A DNA stretch of 64,000 nucleotides from an uncultured Hormoscilla sp. (lineage in GTDB: Bacteria; Cyanobacteriota; Cyanobacteriia; Cyanobacteriales; Desertifilaceae). Position 1 is the stretch's first letter, and each line of letters starts with the position of its first letter. The stretch covers positions 4,640,001-4,704,000 of the forward strand of contig OZ001293.3 in assembly GCA_963921275.4 (NCBI GenBank), in the 5' to 3' direction. The notes below the pieces were generated by a model, which was not told the DNA's origin, ran no database searches, and was given only the letters and a program-made list of their open reading frames with translations. This document shows positions 11,235 to 22,849 of the stretch, piece after piece. The position numbers and the translations under genes were made by a program.

Positions 11235-11679
11235 GAATGCCAAGGGTTGGGAGATTTATGTCACTTCCCCCGTTGATATCAATGAGGCAATTGAAAATGC
11301 TACGGCGTCGCCGGATTCCGATAAGCAGTTAGAAGCAACAGTTGCCAGATATGTACAACAAGAGTGATTTACAGTGATAAAGTTTAACACCTTGTTTTAC
11401 AGTATCAATCCTAATACAGGTGGTCAAAATTATATTGGCGAGATTGATATAGAAGTAGCAGAGGCGATTATTGAGGTGACAAATCAGCCCAGAAAAAAGG
11501 CAGGCCAAATTGGAAAATTGATAACTAACCCTAATATGAGCCCAACGGGTAAGCAGGTTATACTATATGCACCAAACTTCACCTTGGGTGCCGGGGAGGC
11601 AGTTATCAGAGTCGGCGAAGTTATGGTGCGAACTCAATTAGAGTTGAATCGCGAACTACATCAAATCAGGAGTAATTAA
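11235..11679 (+). pseudogene. Orphan polymorphic-toxin-like C-terminal domain (possible PD-(D/E)xK nuclease)
   Basis: Frame is open from about 11235 apart from TGA at about 11364. GEIDIE..IIEV motif. Stop abuts the next start (TAA-ATG). Confidence 0.45.
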
Positions 11680-12147
11680 ATGCTTAAAACAATTGTTTTA
11701 GTTTCCAGTGTCACCATTGTTAAATCTGAATTTATGCAATTTATCCAAACTCTCGACAACTACAGTGAAGACCCAGATAAGATATATGATGGACAGCTAG
11801 ACAATAATAATGGGTATTTCTGGGTAAGGTATGACCCAGAAGAAGAGTTGTCAGGTTCGGAACTAGAAGCGAAAATAAAAAACATTATCTCGAAACTGGA
11901 AAGTTCGCCCCAGACAGAAATTCTCCTGGATATCGGGAAAAATGTCCAAAGTGAGATGTTGGCAGCGGAATTTGTCAAGCATTTTGACAAGATATGGCCC
12001 TGTGTGGTGGATACTTTATCGACTGTATACTCTGTGCCAGAGTTTCTGGAATTATACTCGCCCCAAAAGAGTAGGACAAGCCGATCGCGCTGCGCGATCG
12101 GCCGTCCCGTAACACCTCGAAGGGCAAGGACAAACCTTAAGAAATAG
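11680..12147 (+). CDS. Putative immunity protein
   Basis: Small protein with an acidic core immediately after the toxin-like ORF; C-terminus distorted by a short repeat at about 12081. Confidence 0.45.
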   Translation: MLKTIVLVSSVTIVKSEFMQFIQTLDNYSEDPDKIYDGQLDNNNGYFWVRYDPEEELSGSELEAKIKNIISKLESSPQTEILLDIGKNVQSEMLAAEFVKHFDKIWPCVVDTLSTVYSVPEFLELYSPQKSRTSRSRCAIGRPVTPRRARTNLKK

Positions 12148-12222
12148 TAGAAATCCGACAAAAAACTAAAGCTACAAAATAATCACTCTGGGATCTGATA
12201 CCCTACAAAAGCTGCTTAGCTA

Positions 12223-13118
12223 GGGCGTGTCATCAGTTAAGCCAAACAACAGTAGCAGCCAGGTAGATAGCACTCAAGAAATTCTGAGCCCTCTTATCGT
12301 AACGGGTGGCAATGGCTCGATATTGCTTGAGTTTGGCAAAAAAATTCTCAATCAAATGGTGTGCTTTGTATAGATATTTGTCATAACGGCGTTGTTCTTT
12401 TCGATTGGATTTAGGCGGAATCACAGGTTCGCATTGCTGGGCTTCAAGACGTTTCAAAACCCGTTCGTCAGCATCAGAAGCTTTGTCTGCGAGTAACGCA
12501 TCAGCCTTAATATTATCAAGTAACACATCAGCCCCTTCCAAATCGTGAGCTTGACCGGCTGTTAAATGAAAACCCGTTGGGTTCCCCAATGCGTCACAGG
12601 TCGCGTGAATTTTGGTACTCAAACCCCCTTTACGGCGTCCGATGGCTTGGTCGCAATCTTTTTTTTTGAGCACCTGCACTATGTTGATGAGCCCTTTATA
12701 TCGTGGCATCAATCATCGCATATTCGTTATCGGCATCGGACGCAAGTACCTTGAATACTCTTTCCCATACCCCGGATTTTGACCACCTACTATGGCGCGT
12801 ATGAATTACCCTCAAGTCCCCAAATCGCTCGGGTAAGTCCCGCCAAGGTATCCCAGCTCTATATCGATACAAGACAGCATAGACAAATAAGCGGTTATCC
12901 TTAGCTGTCCCCCCCACATAACCCTCCCGACCTGGCAATAGGTCCCTGATTCTCTCCCACTGGTCATCTCTTAAAGCATAGCGACGCATTTCTCAAATTC
13001 TCCTGCTCTAACCTTTACCCTCTTAGATCACACCAATATATCCTGGTTGTCAACTCAATCATCTGGTTATATATTTTTGGTGGGGACCCATATCGTTAAT
13101 CTAACTGATGACACGCCC
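12223..13118 (-). mobile_element. IS5-family element (two-ORF, frameshift type), probably inactivated
   Basis: Terminal IRs GGGCGTGTCATCAGTTA, inserted in CTAG. ORFs 12696-12989 (W.DLPERFG) and 12233-12712 (DDE, IENFFAKLKQYRAIATRYDK). A-run at about 12659-12667. Premature TAA relative to the copy at 47511. Confidence 0.92.
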
Positions 13119-13149
13119 TAGAATCTCTCGGCATTAATATTATTACCAC

Positions 13150-13633
13150 AGAGTCAGAAGTTAACCGCAAAGATGTCCTGCAACTGCTACGGGAAATACA
13201 ATATTACCAGCGCAGTCGCCGCATTCGTCAAGGACATGCCCGCAACCGCCTGCAAGGTAAACCGCCACCGGGTAAAGTACCCTACGGATACAAGCGGGGT
13301 AAAAATAGCTATGCGATCGATTGGGCGGCGGCGCCAGTAGTGAAGGATTTTTTTGCACAATTTCTGCTGTATGGTTCTTTGCGGGGTGCGGTGCGCTATT
13401 TGGAGAAGAGATATGGCAAGAAGATATCGGTTTCTACAGGACGGCGGTGGCTGACTAACCCCGTGTATCGGGGGATACGGCTTTCCGAGATGGTGAGATT
13501 ATCTCGGATACCCATGTAGCAATTATTTTACGAGAAGAGGCGGCCCAGGTAGACAGAATCTTGCGTCGCAACCGCCTCCTGCCACCTCGGACTGCTAGTG
13601 TACCCCGTTCTTTGGCGGGTTTGGTGGTCTGCG
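13150..13633 (+). pseudogene. Cyanobacterial recombinase-family protein fragment
   Basis: Manual translation RSRRIRQGHARNRL..KPPPGKVPYGYKRGK...FLLYGSLRGAVRYLEKRYGKKISVSTGRRWLTNPVYRG...PRSLAGLVVC, with frameshifts. Confidence 0.75.
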
Positions 13634-13758
13634 GGACGATATCTACACTACTGGTACTACTGTAGGCGAAGCCGCTCGTGTCTTGCGCCGTCAGGGAATT
13701 TCCGTCTATGGCGTAGTCGCGATCGCCACCACCAAGAAATCTCCCGGTAGTGGGTCAT
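13634..13758 (+). pseudogene. ComF-family phosphoribosyltransferase C-terminal fragment
   Basis: (D)DIYTTGTTVGEAARVLRRQGISVYGVVAIA fused directly to the recombinase fragment. Confidence 0.65.
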
Positions 13759-14163
13759 AAGTAGTGATTTTAGCCTCTGGAGCCTAGAGAGGGCGGACTC
13801 AAGAGAGCATCCGATCGCGTAGGCGTAGCCGTGTGTGCGCAGCGCAATCGTCCATTTGGTCGAATTGGCACCTGCCGGGAAGATCGGGCTAGACCCAACA
13901 GCGATGTCTGAGAGGTTTTTGCGATTTATGCGCTACGCGCACGCTACGCAGACGCTCGCGTAGCATCCCGATTTTTCCGGAACGGCAGACATCGAAAGCT
14001 AAATTAGCTACCAATTATTATCTCCCCACTCCTCGGGGTTGAGGGTTGGGGGTTGATGATATGAGTGATTCCCGAATCGAAGTAAATTAGGGGGGGCCGA
14101 GCTGCGGGAACCGCAAGATTTGACGGCCACAAAGAGTCCCCTGCAATGCTGCGGTGCTGAGCT

Positions 14164-15990
14164 CTAGGTCGGTAGGAGAGGAGTGCTATTCTGATCGCTC
14201 ACGTAAATCTTTGAAATCCCCTGCAGGGTAGCCAGGGTTTCCCCTTCAAAGTTAATCCAGGTATCGAGGCCCTGAGAACCTCCTGCTAGCGCATTCGCAT
14301 CCATATAATCTTCAAAGTCTATGATAGTACCCATCATGTCCGACTCCAGAACAAAAATATTGGCCTCTGATCCTTCGTAGAGACGATCGCTTCCATGGTT
14401 TCCGTAGACGCGATCTCTTCCCTCCCCGCCGATCAGAGTGTCCTCCTCCTCCTTCTCAAAGAGTGATAAAGTTAGGGGTTGGGGGTTGAAAGTTAGGGGT
14501 TGACGAGTATTGCTGAAGTTAAGGTCAGTAGGAGACTCGGCAACATTGTTCACATTAATAATCAAAGCCTCCGAGTAACTGGCCCCAGTAACGTCAATAG
14601 TCTGAACGCGGATACTGTAACTCGACCTCATCTCCAAAGCCGGAGAACTATTAATTAGCAATTGGTCCCCTACTATAGTGAAAGCAGCGTTATCATCGTC
14701 ATTAAAACCCGAGATTAACCGGTAGGTAAAAGTATTTCCCCCGTCCGGATCGCTAGTTCCGAAAGTCCCCACGATCGCACCCACACGGGAATTAGAATTA
14801 ATGCTGCCATTACTAAGAACTATATCAGTAGGAGACTCGGCAACATTGTTCACATTAATAATCAAAGCCTCCAAGTAACTAGCCCCAGTAGAGTCAGTAG
14901 TCTGGACTAATATCCTGTAACTCGACTGAATCTCAAAGTCCGGAACATCATTAATTCGCAGTTGGTCCCCCACTATAGTGAAAGCAGCATTATCATCGTC
15001 ATTAAAACCCGAGACTAACTGGTAAGTAAAAGTATCTCCATTATCGGGATCGCTAGTAGACAAAGTCCCCACAACTGCACCCTCAGGGGAATCTTCATTG
15101 ATGCTGCTGCTGCTAAGGACTAGGTCGGTAGGAGACTCGCCGACATCGTTGACGTTAATAATCAAGACCTCCGAGTAACTGGCCCCAGTTGAGTCAGTAG
15201 TCTGGACTAATATCCTGTAACTCGACTGAATCTCAAAGTCCGGAACACCATTAATTCGCAGTTGGTCCCCCACTATAGTGAAAGCAGCATTATCATCGTC
15301 ACCGTCGCCCGAGACTAACTGGTAAGTAAAAGTATCTCCATTATCGGGATCGCTAGTAGACAAAGTCCCCACAACTGCACCCTCAGGGGAATCTTCATTG
15401 ATGCTGCTGCTGCTAAGGACTAGGTCGGTAGGAGACTCGCCGACATCGTTGACGTTAATAATCAAGACCTCCGAGTAACTGGCCCCAGTTGAGTCAGTAG
15501 TCTGGACGCGGAGGCTGTAACTGGACTGAGTCTCAAAGTCAGGGGAACTGTTAATTCGCAGTTGGTTCCCTACTATGGTGAAGGCATTGTTGCCCGAGAC
15601 AAGCATGTAGGTAAAGCTATCTCCCTCGTCGGGGTCAGTAGTTCCGAAAGTCACCACGACAGTATTGGCTGGGGAGTTTTCGTTGATATTGATGCTGCTG
15701 CTAAGAATTATATCAGTAGGAGAAGAATTCTCTGCTTCATCAATAACATTAATAGTCAAGACCTCCTCAAAACTATTACCAGCAGAGTCAGTAGTCTGGA
15801 CGCGGAGGCTGTAACTGGACTGAGTCTCAAAGTCCAAAGAACTGTTAGTTAGCAGTTGGTCCCCTACTATAGTAAAGGCATTGTTGCCCGAGACAAGCAT
15901 GTAGGTAAAGCTATCTCCCTCGTCAGGGTCGGTAGTAGACAAAGTCCCTACGACTGCACCCAATGGAGAATTTTCGTTGATGCTGCTGCT
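14164..15990 (-). pseudogene. Cadherin-repeat surface protein with RTX-like tail, 5'-truncated
   Basis: About five repeats of ~100 aa (PTD..LS...INE....VGTL.T.DPD.GD.FTY...DFE.QSSY). Begins mid-repeat. Short GGEGRD RTX-like C-terminus. Confidence 0.85.
14900..15505. repeat. Near-identical 300-bp tandem duplication within the cadherin gene
   Basis: Lines 15061-15180 and 15361-15480 are identical at an offset of 300. Confidence 0.9.
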
Positions 15991-16072
15991 GCTCGCCTGG
16001 GTCGAGGGAGACCAGCTCGACCTAAAAGTGGCTCTGTGAAAGGGTTTGATGCCATTTTACGCCTATTTTTTC

Positions 16073-16669
16073 TCAAAGTCCCGCTATTACCTCGTGAGCA
16101 AAACTTGCCCAGCGGACAAACTCAAATGGTCCGGCTATCGAACCCCACAGCCGTTCGTTTGTTTTCGGGTCGCGCCCCCTGTCCAGACTGATAAGTTTCT
16201 GTTCGTCAACTTCAAATTCACTGTCGAGATAGCTAGTTTTACCTTCGCGAACCACGATGCAAGCTTTTCCTGGTTCTACCTGGGCTTTGAAACTTTGACC
16301 TGTCCATTCTACCAAGAAGTTACAGCCCGAGAGTTTCTCTAGTTGGTTGGCGGTTAGGGCTGACAGGCTATCGCGATCGCGGCAAGCCCCGTAAAACTTC
16401 TTTTCCTCTTTAATCTTATAGTTTTCCAGTTCAATGCTTTCTCCTGTATTGACGAATTTCAACACTCGGGTCCGATAGGGTTGTTTGAGCATGATATCAT
16501 AGGCTTGTTCTAGATACAAACTCACTCCGTCTAACAATTCTAGGGGCAAAGGACGCATGCAAACGCGAATGTGGGCAAACAATGGAGGATTTTCAAAGGC
16601 TTGCTCTTGGTTGCTGAAGTCGGCTGCCATCCAGCGAGCTAGGGTGGTAATATCGGTAGAATGAGTCAT
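16073..16669 (-). CDS. cpcT: CpcT/CpeT chromophore lyase
   Basis: LARWMAADFSNQEQAFENPPLFAHIRVCMRPL...SLDRGRDP...WGS.AGPFEF. Confidence 0.92.
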   Translation of the reverse strand: MTHSTDITTLARWMAADFSNQEQAFENPPLFAHIRVCMRPLPLELLDGVSLYLEQAYDIMLKQPYRTRVLKFVNTGESIELENYKIKEEKKFYGACRDRDSLSALTANQLEKLSGCNFLVEWTGQSFKAQVEPGKACIVVREGKTSYLDSEFEVDEQKLISLDRGRDPKTNERLWGSIAGPFEFVRWASFAHEVIAGL

Positions 16670-16725
16670 GTCAGTTATGAATTGTAAATTGTCAGTTGTA
16701 AATTGTAAATTGTCAGTTGTAAATT

Positions 16726-16920
16726 ATGAATGATATTGAACGCATGCAGTTTTCTTTGACGAGGCTTTCCGTTGGAGATGCATTTGGGGAAACGCTTTCT
16801 CGGCTTTCGTCGCTTTTATGGAGACTGGAACTCCGCGAGGCTCCTCTACCGCCTTGGCATTATACTGATGATACGGAAATGTCTCTCTCGATCGTGGAAG
16901 CTCTTTGCCGTTGCTCTCAG
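16726..16920 (+). pseudogene. ADP-ribosylglycohydrolase N-terminal fragment cut by an IS
   Basis: LSVGDAFGE and WHYTDDTEMSLS motifs; ends at the IS inverted repeat at 16921. Confidence 0.75.
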
Positions 16921-18489
16921 GGCTACCAACTTAAGTCGGGAGCACGGCGCTCGGTTTGAGCATTCAAGCCACGTGAGGTATGATGGAGACCAGATAAATA
17001 ACCATTGCGCCCTTCCACCCCTGAAGAGGTGGGTTGATATTTTGAACAGATCCATTGTGCCCACTCTACCCACAGAAGAGCGTGCTGCCGCCTCCAGTTG
17101 TTGAGTGAGGGGATGGGCTTCCGCACTTGCTTGGGATGCAGCCTCCTGATAGCCTGAGAAGAGTTCGCAATGTTTAGTTTTATCTGCCTGTTGATGCCAA
17201 TAGACCCAGGGTAACAGGCATCTCTTAACCCACTGTTGCAACTTGATCTCGTCAGTTTTGGCATTAAGTGCTTGGTTGACCCAGGGCCACCAACCATGAA
17301 GGCCGAAGGCATTGGAGAAAATTTCCTGAGGGAAGGTGTCAATCGCGGTTTGGGCCTTTTGGAGGCCGAAGCACGCTCGCCAGGGAACGTCGCTGTTCGG
17401 TGGGGAGAGTGCAGACTTTTTGATAGATCCTGCCATAATTGCCAGTCTTCAGTAGTGATGTTGAACAGATGAATCCCCTGAGTGATGGCATGAAGAGCTT
17501 GATGGTACGTCGAAAGGTACTCCCTTTATAGTTGCTGCTGTATAGTTAGCTGCTCCAGCTCCCTCTGAAGTTTGGCACCCTTAAGTTGTTCCCTCGTCTT
17601 CGCCAATTGTTCAGTCAGTTGGGAATATTGTTTTTTCCGTTGACTGGACTGACGACCAATGGCACGGCCCAGAGGTTGACCTAAGGCTCCCAGGGCATGA
17701 AACAGGTCAGCTACACTGGCACAACTCAAGCCTTCTAGAGCCAGTTTGATGAGTGCTTTGGCTCCATCACCGACCATGAAGTGACAGTGCCATCCCCCTT
17801 GTGTCCAGCATGATTGAATCTGCTCACTCCAGCTATTGTCGGTGCGCTCGCTGCATTCAACCTCTGTGAAAATGTAGCCACGCCCTCAATTCCATCATTA
17901 CCAAAATGGGTACACATGAGAATGTTTTGTCTCCCCCCACACAGATGCCTTGACCCTCAGACGGCTGACACTTGGAGGCTTGGGCATTCCCGTAAGCAAT
18001 AATTCTCTCCCTCATCTGTTTCTCCAGGCTGGGCAAGGTAGTTGGGGAACAGGCCACAGGACGCGACAACGGAAGGGCAAATAAAAATTCCCATAGACAG
18101 GAGCGCCCCAATCCCTTGTTTGATGCCAAAATAATAGATCACCCCATAGACAAATAGCTTTAACCAGGCCCCTCCCACCTCAGTATTCCACCAGGATGAT
18201 TCACCGATGTTGATCTCGACGGGCAATGGCTTGTTTATGCCGCCAGACGCTGCTTTTAGATAGACCGGTTAACGAGCGCAATCCCTAGTCAAGCTTTTGA
18301 CAGTCTCTCTCTGGATAGATTAAAAGACAGCTGTCCAGGGTTGTCCTATAGTAAGACTCATCGTTCCCGAGAAGAATATCTACAAGGGATAGGATACCAA
18401 ACCCTGTGACCTGTCCCAGGGTTCTTGGCAATTGTGCTTTTTTCTACCCTCTCCTGACTTAATTTATGTCCCGCTTTACGCTGATAGCC
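16921..18489 (-). mobile_element. DUF6399-type transposon, degenerate
   Basis: Imperfect terminal IRs GGCTACCAACTTAAGTCGGGA / GGCTATCAGCGTAAAGCGGGA. Fragments LLPWVYWHQQ, SSGVEGRNGYLS.LHH, VGDGAKALIKLA. Confidence 0.75.
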
Positions 18490-18492
18490 GGC

Positions 18493-19977
18493 GGGTATCA
18501 ACTTAAGCCGGGAAAACTAGAGTAGATAAGGCTTGTGGCTGATGTGCTTTTTTTGACTATTAAATTTAATGGAGATCATTCATGCTCGCCACAAGCCAAT
18601 CAAACACCAAGGGAAAAGATTGCTCAAAGAGACGTTCCGCAGCAGTGGAACCATCCGCGGGTCGTAAGTCGAAATTGTGAATAATAGTCAGAGGGGCTAA
18701 AAGACATCTCCAAAAATAAAACCCTTGTCAGCTCTGGGTTTTAAGCTCTACCTCCCATGCTCACATATGTTACTCAAACGGCAGAATCTGGGTTTGATAG
18801 ATTTCCTGTTAATAAAGAGATCCAAAGGTGGTACTGGTTAATCTCGAGTTTTTCAGAGCTATCAACAGATTCTAATACTTCTAAAATTCGCGCAATCTAA
18901 CCAATCCAACTTTTGTCGAAATTACCGATTCATATTTATCAATATTTAACCGAAATCGCTCGCTGGCAACCCGGAAAATTTTTACCAATCTTATGACGTG
19001 TTCAACGAAAACGGGAAGAAAAATCTCTATTTTCTTCTTTTTGTTTAGCTGTTAATTACTGTTTTTTCGGTTTGAGGAGTTTTGAGGTTCTCCAATGTAG
19101 GCTTTATCCCCTGCAAAAATTTGATCTGGATCGAAAACGACGCTCGCAAGATTTATATCGCTTGCTGGGCCTCTTTCTCCAGATACAACATCGACAAGAT
19201 CTGCACGCTTCGCTACCAGGTAAAACATTGATTTTTCAAAGTATTTCTTCTTACCTGAGTAAAACTTTTTCTGCTCTTCATAGTCTTTAAGTCTTGGTAT
19301 GGCTTGCGCTATCGACTATCAACTCATATTCTGTGTTTGGATAAATATTCTTCATCTTCTCCATTTTTTTTGTTCAAGTAAACGGCAAAGCGGAAAAGAT
19401 CTTGCCAATAATTAAAAATATCATTAGCTTTCACCCAAAAAGTATACCTAATACTTGGAATGTTAATCCTTGACACATCAAATTTAAAATAATTTGCTCT
19501 TCTACTAATAATTTAGGTTTCGCCCCCACGACATATCAATCTAGTTTTGTGTTCTCCCACCTTTTCTTTATGATTTTTATCCAAATTTTTAGTAATTGCA
19601 ATAAGTTGTATTAAGTTTTCATAGCTGATACCGATGAGCCGTTTTGCTTCTTTAGGCTTGGCTTGCAAATATGTCCAGGTAATACTCGTCACAAAATTAA
19701 ATTTTCAAATCTTATTATAGCATAAATTTCTATTTTGGAGATGTCTAATGGAATTGACCGGTAGCTTCGGCAAGTCAAGCTTTTGACACCCTCTTGGAGT
19801 CGGCATTTGGCTACTAATAAACAGCTTTCCGGTATAGTAAGACTCATGGTTCCTGATTTGAAGATTTACTTCGGATACGATACCAATCCCTGTGACTTGT
19901 TGCAGGGATTTTTTTGAGAGAGGATTTTTTTATACATTTAATCTCCGGAGTTTTTGTCCCGCTTTACGCTGATAGCC
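18493..19977 (-). mobile_element. Second DUF6399-type element, internally deleted, carrying a nested IS
   Basis: Starts GGGTATCAACTTAAGCCGGGA and ends TCCCGCTTTACGCTGATAGCC. 19757-19977 is homologous to 18263-18489. Confidence 0.7.
18702..19746 (-). mobile_element. IS5-family (ISL2/IS702-like) element, decayed transposase
   Basis: Terminal IRs AGACATCTCCAAAA / TTTTGGAGATGTCT. Minus-strand remnants MTSITWTYLQAKPKEAKRLIGISYE and RFR.EHV.RLVK.FR. Low GC. Confidence 0.75.
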
Positions 19978-20496
19978 ATTTTGACTTGTGGATGATCTGC
20001 TGATATTTAAAGCTTTTAGGAGCTCGTCACAAAGAACAAAAATTGTTGTTATCATATCTTCCATAATTTACCTTCGAGGGCAATTAACTATTATTTTAAT
20101 ACATTATAACCTATAAACAACCAACTCCCCGTATAGCATAAAAAAAATATTTTCTGTATCAGAGACTACAAAAACCATAAATATCCGTTCAACGAAACTA
20201 ATACCGGTAATTTTACTCCTTATAGTCTGTCAAAAACAACACAACAACATTAATGACCAAGGCATCTACAAAAGGATTATAACTGACCAGATACAGGGAT
20301 TGCCTTACGCCAGTGGGGGATTACTTGTAGAGTATAAAACTCACCTAAATTTCTAAAGCTAGCAACCTAGAAAAGCAATTGCAATGGTCATCACTTTCCT
20401 CAAACTCATTCTTGAACGGCATAATTTTTCACCGAGCCTGGTTATTGAAGTCAACAGCGGTTGCTGCTGCCAGTAGTATTCTCTCATTTTGGCACT

Positions 20497-20630
20497 CACC
20501 TGCTTACATGCATGGATTGTGAACCAAAGTTCTCCTTAGTAAAAGAGAATGATAATGATTATCATAATTGACCCAAGGGGACAGCTTTTCTCCTCTACTC
20601 TATCAACTACTTTTGACCACACCCGTTCCC
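20497..20630. repeat. 134-bp repeat copy A (inverted copy at 27550-27683) containing a Fur box
   Basis: Direct alignment to the reverse complement of 27550-27683 with 3 mismatches. Confidence 0.9.
20549..20565. promoter_or_regulatory. Fur box
   Basis: ATGATAAT-G-ATTATCAT perfect 8-1-8 palindrome matching the 7-1-7 TGATAATnATTATCA Fur consensus. Confidence 0.7.
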
Positions 20631-20687
20631 TTGTTCGTATTTCTAATGGCATACATCGAAAGAACTTCCCACTGTCCAGTTAAGGAT

Positions 20688-20853
20688 CTGGACAGTGGGA
20701 AGTTCTTTGGGGAACTGCTCAAGCATGGAAGCGGGTTTGGGCCCGATGGACCAACCATGAGCAATTCGCGGGCTCCTAAAGGCTGTAAGCCTTTAGGAGC
20801 CCGGGGTTCAGCTTTAGAATAGGTCCTATTTCAGAGAACTTCGCATTCTCCAG
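20688..20853. mobile_element. 166-bp MITE
   Basis: IRs CTGGACAGTGGGAAGTTCT / AGAACTTCGCATTCTCCAG, flanked by TAAGGAT on both sides (20681-20687, 20854-20860). Internal 15-bp hairpin at 20769-20803. Confidence 0.75.
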
Positions 20854-21146
20854 TAAGGATATTAAGAGTTAATAATGATTGGCAATCCTATTGGTTAAAT
20901 TTGAGCCAAGAAAATTCGTCCCTTACCCAAGCCGTCTAACAATTATTGAGAGACTCTCACCTTCTCGACATCAGTTTTCTGCCATTATAGCGCTCTGAAC
21001 ATATATAAATCTCGGGCGTCAATATTGCCAGATGTTCACCGGCGATATTGAGGCTCTGTCCTACCAACTACTTTTGACCATATCACCGGCTCCTGATTAA
21101 CTGTCACTGATCATTACACCCACTGCTGACGGCATTACTAGTATTT

Positions 21147-22316
21147 TTACCCTTGCATAAATTTAGCGATTTTCTCCACAGCCGCTTCTAAAATTGATGG
21201 TTCATGCACCAAGGCAAAACGCACATACCCTTCCCCCGCCTTGCCAAAACCTGCACCTGGGGCGGCCGCCACTCCTGTTGCCGCCACTAGCTGAGTGCAG
21301 AATTTGATAGAATCTTCCGTCCAAGGAGCGGGCAGTGGAGCCCACACATACATTGTCGCGGCTGGGATAGGCACATCCCAGCCGATGCCGTGCATTCCCT
21401 GCACAAAGGCATCTCTACGCCTGCGGAAATTTTCTACAGTTACCCGTACTGCATCTTGGGGGCCACTCAAAGCTGCGATCGCCCCATTTAATATCCCCCG
21501 ATACTGGTTAAAATCTATTACAGCCTTCACTTGTCTCAAGGCCCGTATTAACCAAGCATTCCCGATCGCATAGCCAATTCTAAAGCCCCCCATGCTATAG
21601 GACTTAGACATGCTAAAAAACTCGATCGAAATGCTTTTATCCCGGTCTGCTTGTAAAATCGATGGATGCAAACTGCCATCAAATACCAGATCGCCATAGG
21701 GGAAATCATGTACCAGGACCAGGTCATGACGGCGACAGAAATCCACAGCTGATTGAAAGAAAGACAAAGGCGCAGTTGCCGCAGTCGGATTATGAGGATA
21801 GCTGAGTACCATCATCCGCGACTGGGCCAAAACCAATGGCGGGATCTCGGCAAACATGGGCAAAAAATCATTTTCTGCCCGTAGCGGCATCGGGTAAACT
21901 TGTCCGCTAGCCAGGTAGACACCTCCTGCATGGGAAGGGTAACCTGGGTCTTGTAGCAGGGCAAAATCTCCCGGATTGAGTATTGCTAAAGGTAAATGGC
22001 CTGTCCCTTCCTGGGAGCCGATCAGCGTCAGTACCTCTGCTTCTGGGTCTACCGGAATGCCGAATTTCCGAGTATACCAGAACGCTGCCGCTTGACGGAA
22101 TAACTTTGTCCTCTGAAATAGCAGATATCCGTGGGTACTGGCGTCAGATAGAGCAGATGCGATCGGGGCGATCGCATCTGCTGGCGCTGGTAAGTCAGAA
22201 GAGCCTAGAGATAAATCTATCACCTGCCTGCCAGCTGCTGCTGCTGTTGCCTTTGCCGAGTCCATATCCGCAAATACGTTAGCTTTTAGGGGTTGTAAAC
22301 GTTCTGCAAATTGCAT
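21147..22316 (-). CDS. Class I/II PLP aminotransferase (LL-DAP aminotransferase-like family)
   Basis: IGSQEG, LSYPHNPT, HDFPY, FSMSKSYSMGGFRIG, GEGYVRFAL. Confidence 0.9.
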   Translation of the reverse strand: MQFAERLQPLKANVFADMDSAKATAAAAGRQVIDLSLGSSDLPAPADAIAPIASALSDASTHGYLLFQRTKLFRQAAAFWYTRKFGIPVDPEAEVLTLIGSQEGTGHLPLAILNPGDFALLQDPGYPSHAGGVYLASGQVYPMPLRAENDFLPMFAEIPPLVLAQSRMMVLSYPHNPTAATAPLSFFQSAVDFCRRHDLVLVHDFPYGDLVFDGSLHPSILQADRDKSISIEFFSMSKSYSMGGFRIGYAIGNAWLIRALRQVKAVIDFNQYRGILNGAIAALSGPQDAVRVTVENFRRRRDAFVQGMHGIGWDVPIPAATMYVWAPLPAPWTEDSIKFCTQLVAATGVAAAPGAGFGKAGEGYVRFALVHEPSILEAAVEKIAKFMQG

Positions 22317-22348
22317 TATTTTTCCCTTGCTAATAGCTCATTCCATTC

Positions 22349-22690
22349 TCACTCATTTACCAGATGCCTTTCCAGAAAGTCCATTAGTTTCTGTTTGGTA
22401 ATAGCACCCTCATGCTCAGCTATCACCCGACCATTCTGAAATAATCTCAGACCCGGAACCCCTTCTACTTTATACTTCTTTACGGATGTCCGATTAGCAT
22501 CCACTTCCATCTTCACTACCTTGAGGCGCGAGTCGTAATGGCTAGCTGCCCAGTCTATCGATGGAGACACCAAGCGACAAGGTCCGCACCAAGTAGCCCA
22601 AAAGTACACTAATACTGGTGCAGTTGCTTTGATAACCTCAGTTTCAAACTTACTATCGGAAATTGCTTTGACGCCGATCATCAGACCCAA
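22349..22690 (-). CDS. Thioredoxin (x-type-like)
   Basis: WATWCGPC active site. Confidence 0.92.
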   Translation of the reverse strand: MGLMIGVKAISDSKFETEVIKATAPVLVYFWATWCGPCRLVSPSIDWAASHYDSRLKVVKMEVDANRTSVKKYKVEGVPGLRLFQNGRVIAEHEGAITKQKLMDFLERHLVNE

Positions 22691-22849
22691 TCATCATTAA
22701 TTAGCCATTACTAGTTTAACCTGCTTTAAGCGCAATCTTAATAATCTGGTTTGTCTCTCGTACCCATCACCGTAAATAGGCATTTTTCCCCACCCGGGCC
22801 GGATTGGGAGGGGAAAGGAGGCTGCCAAAGGGTTGAACTGCATAGGTAT

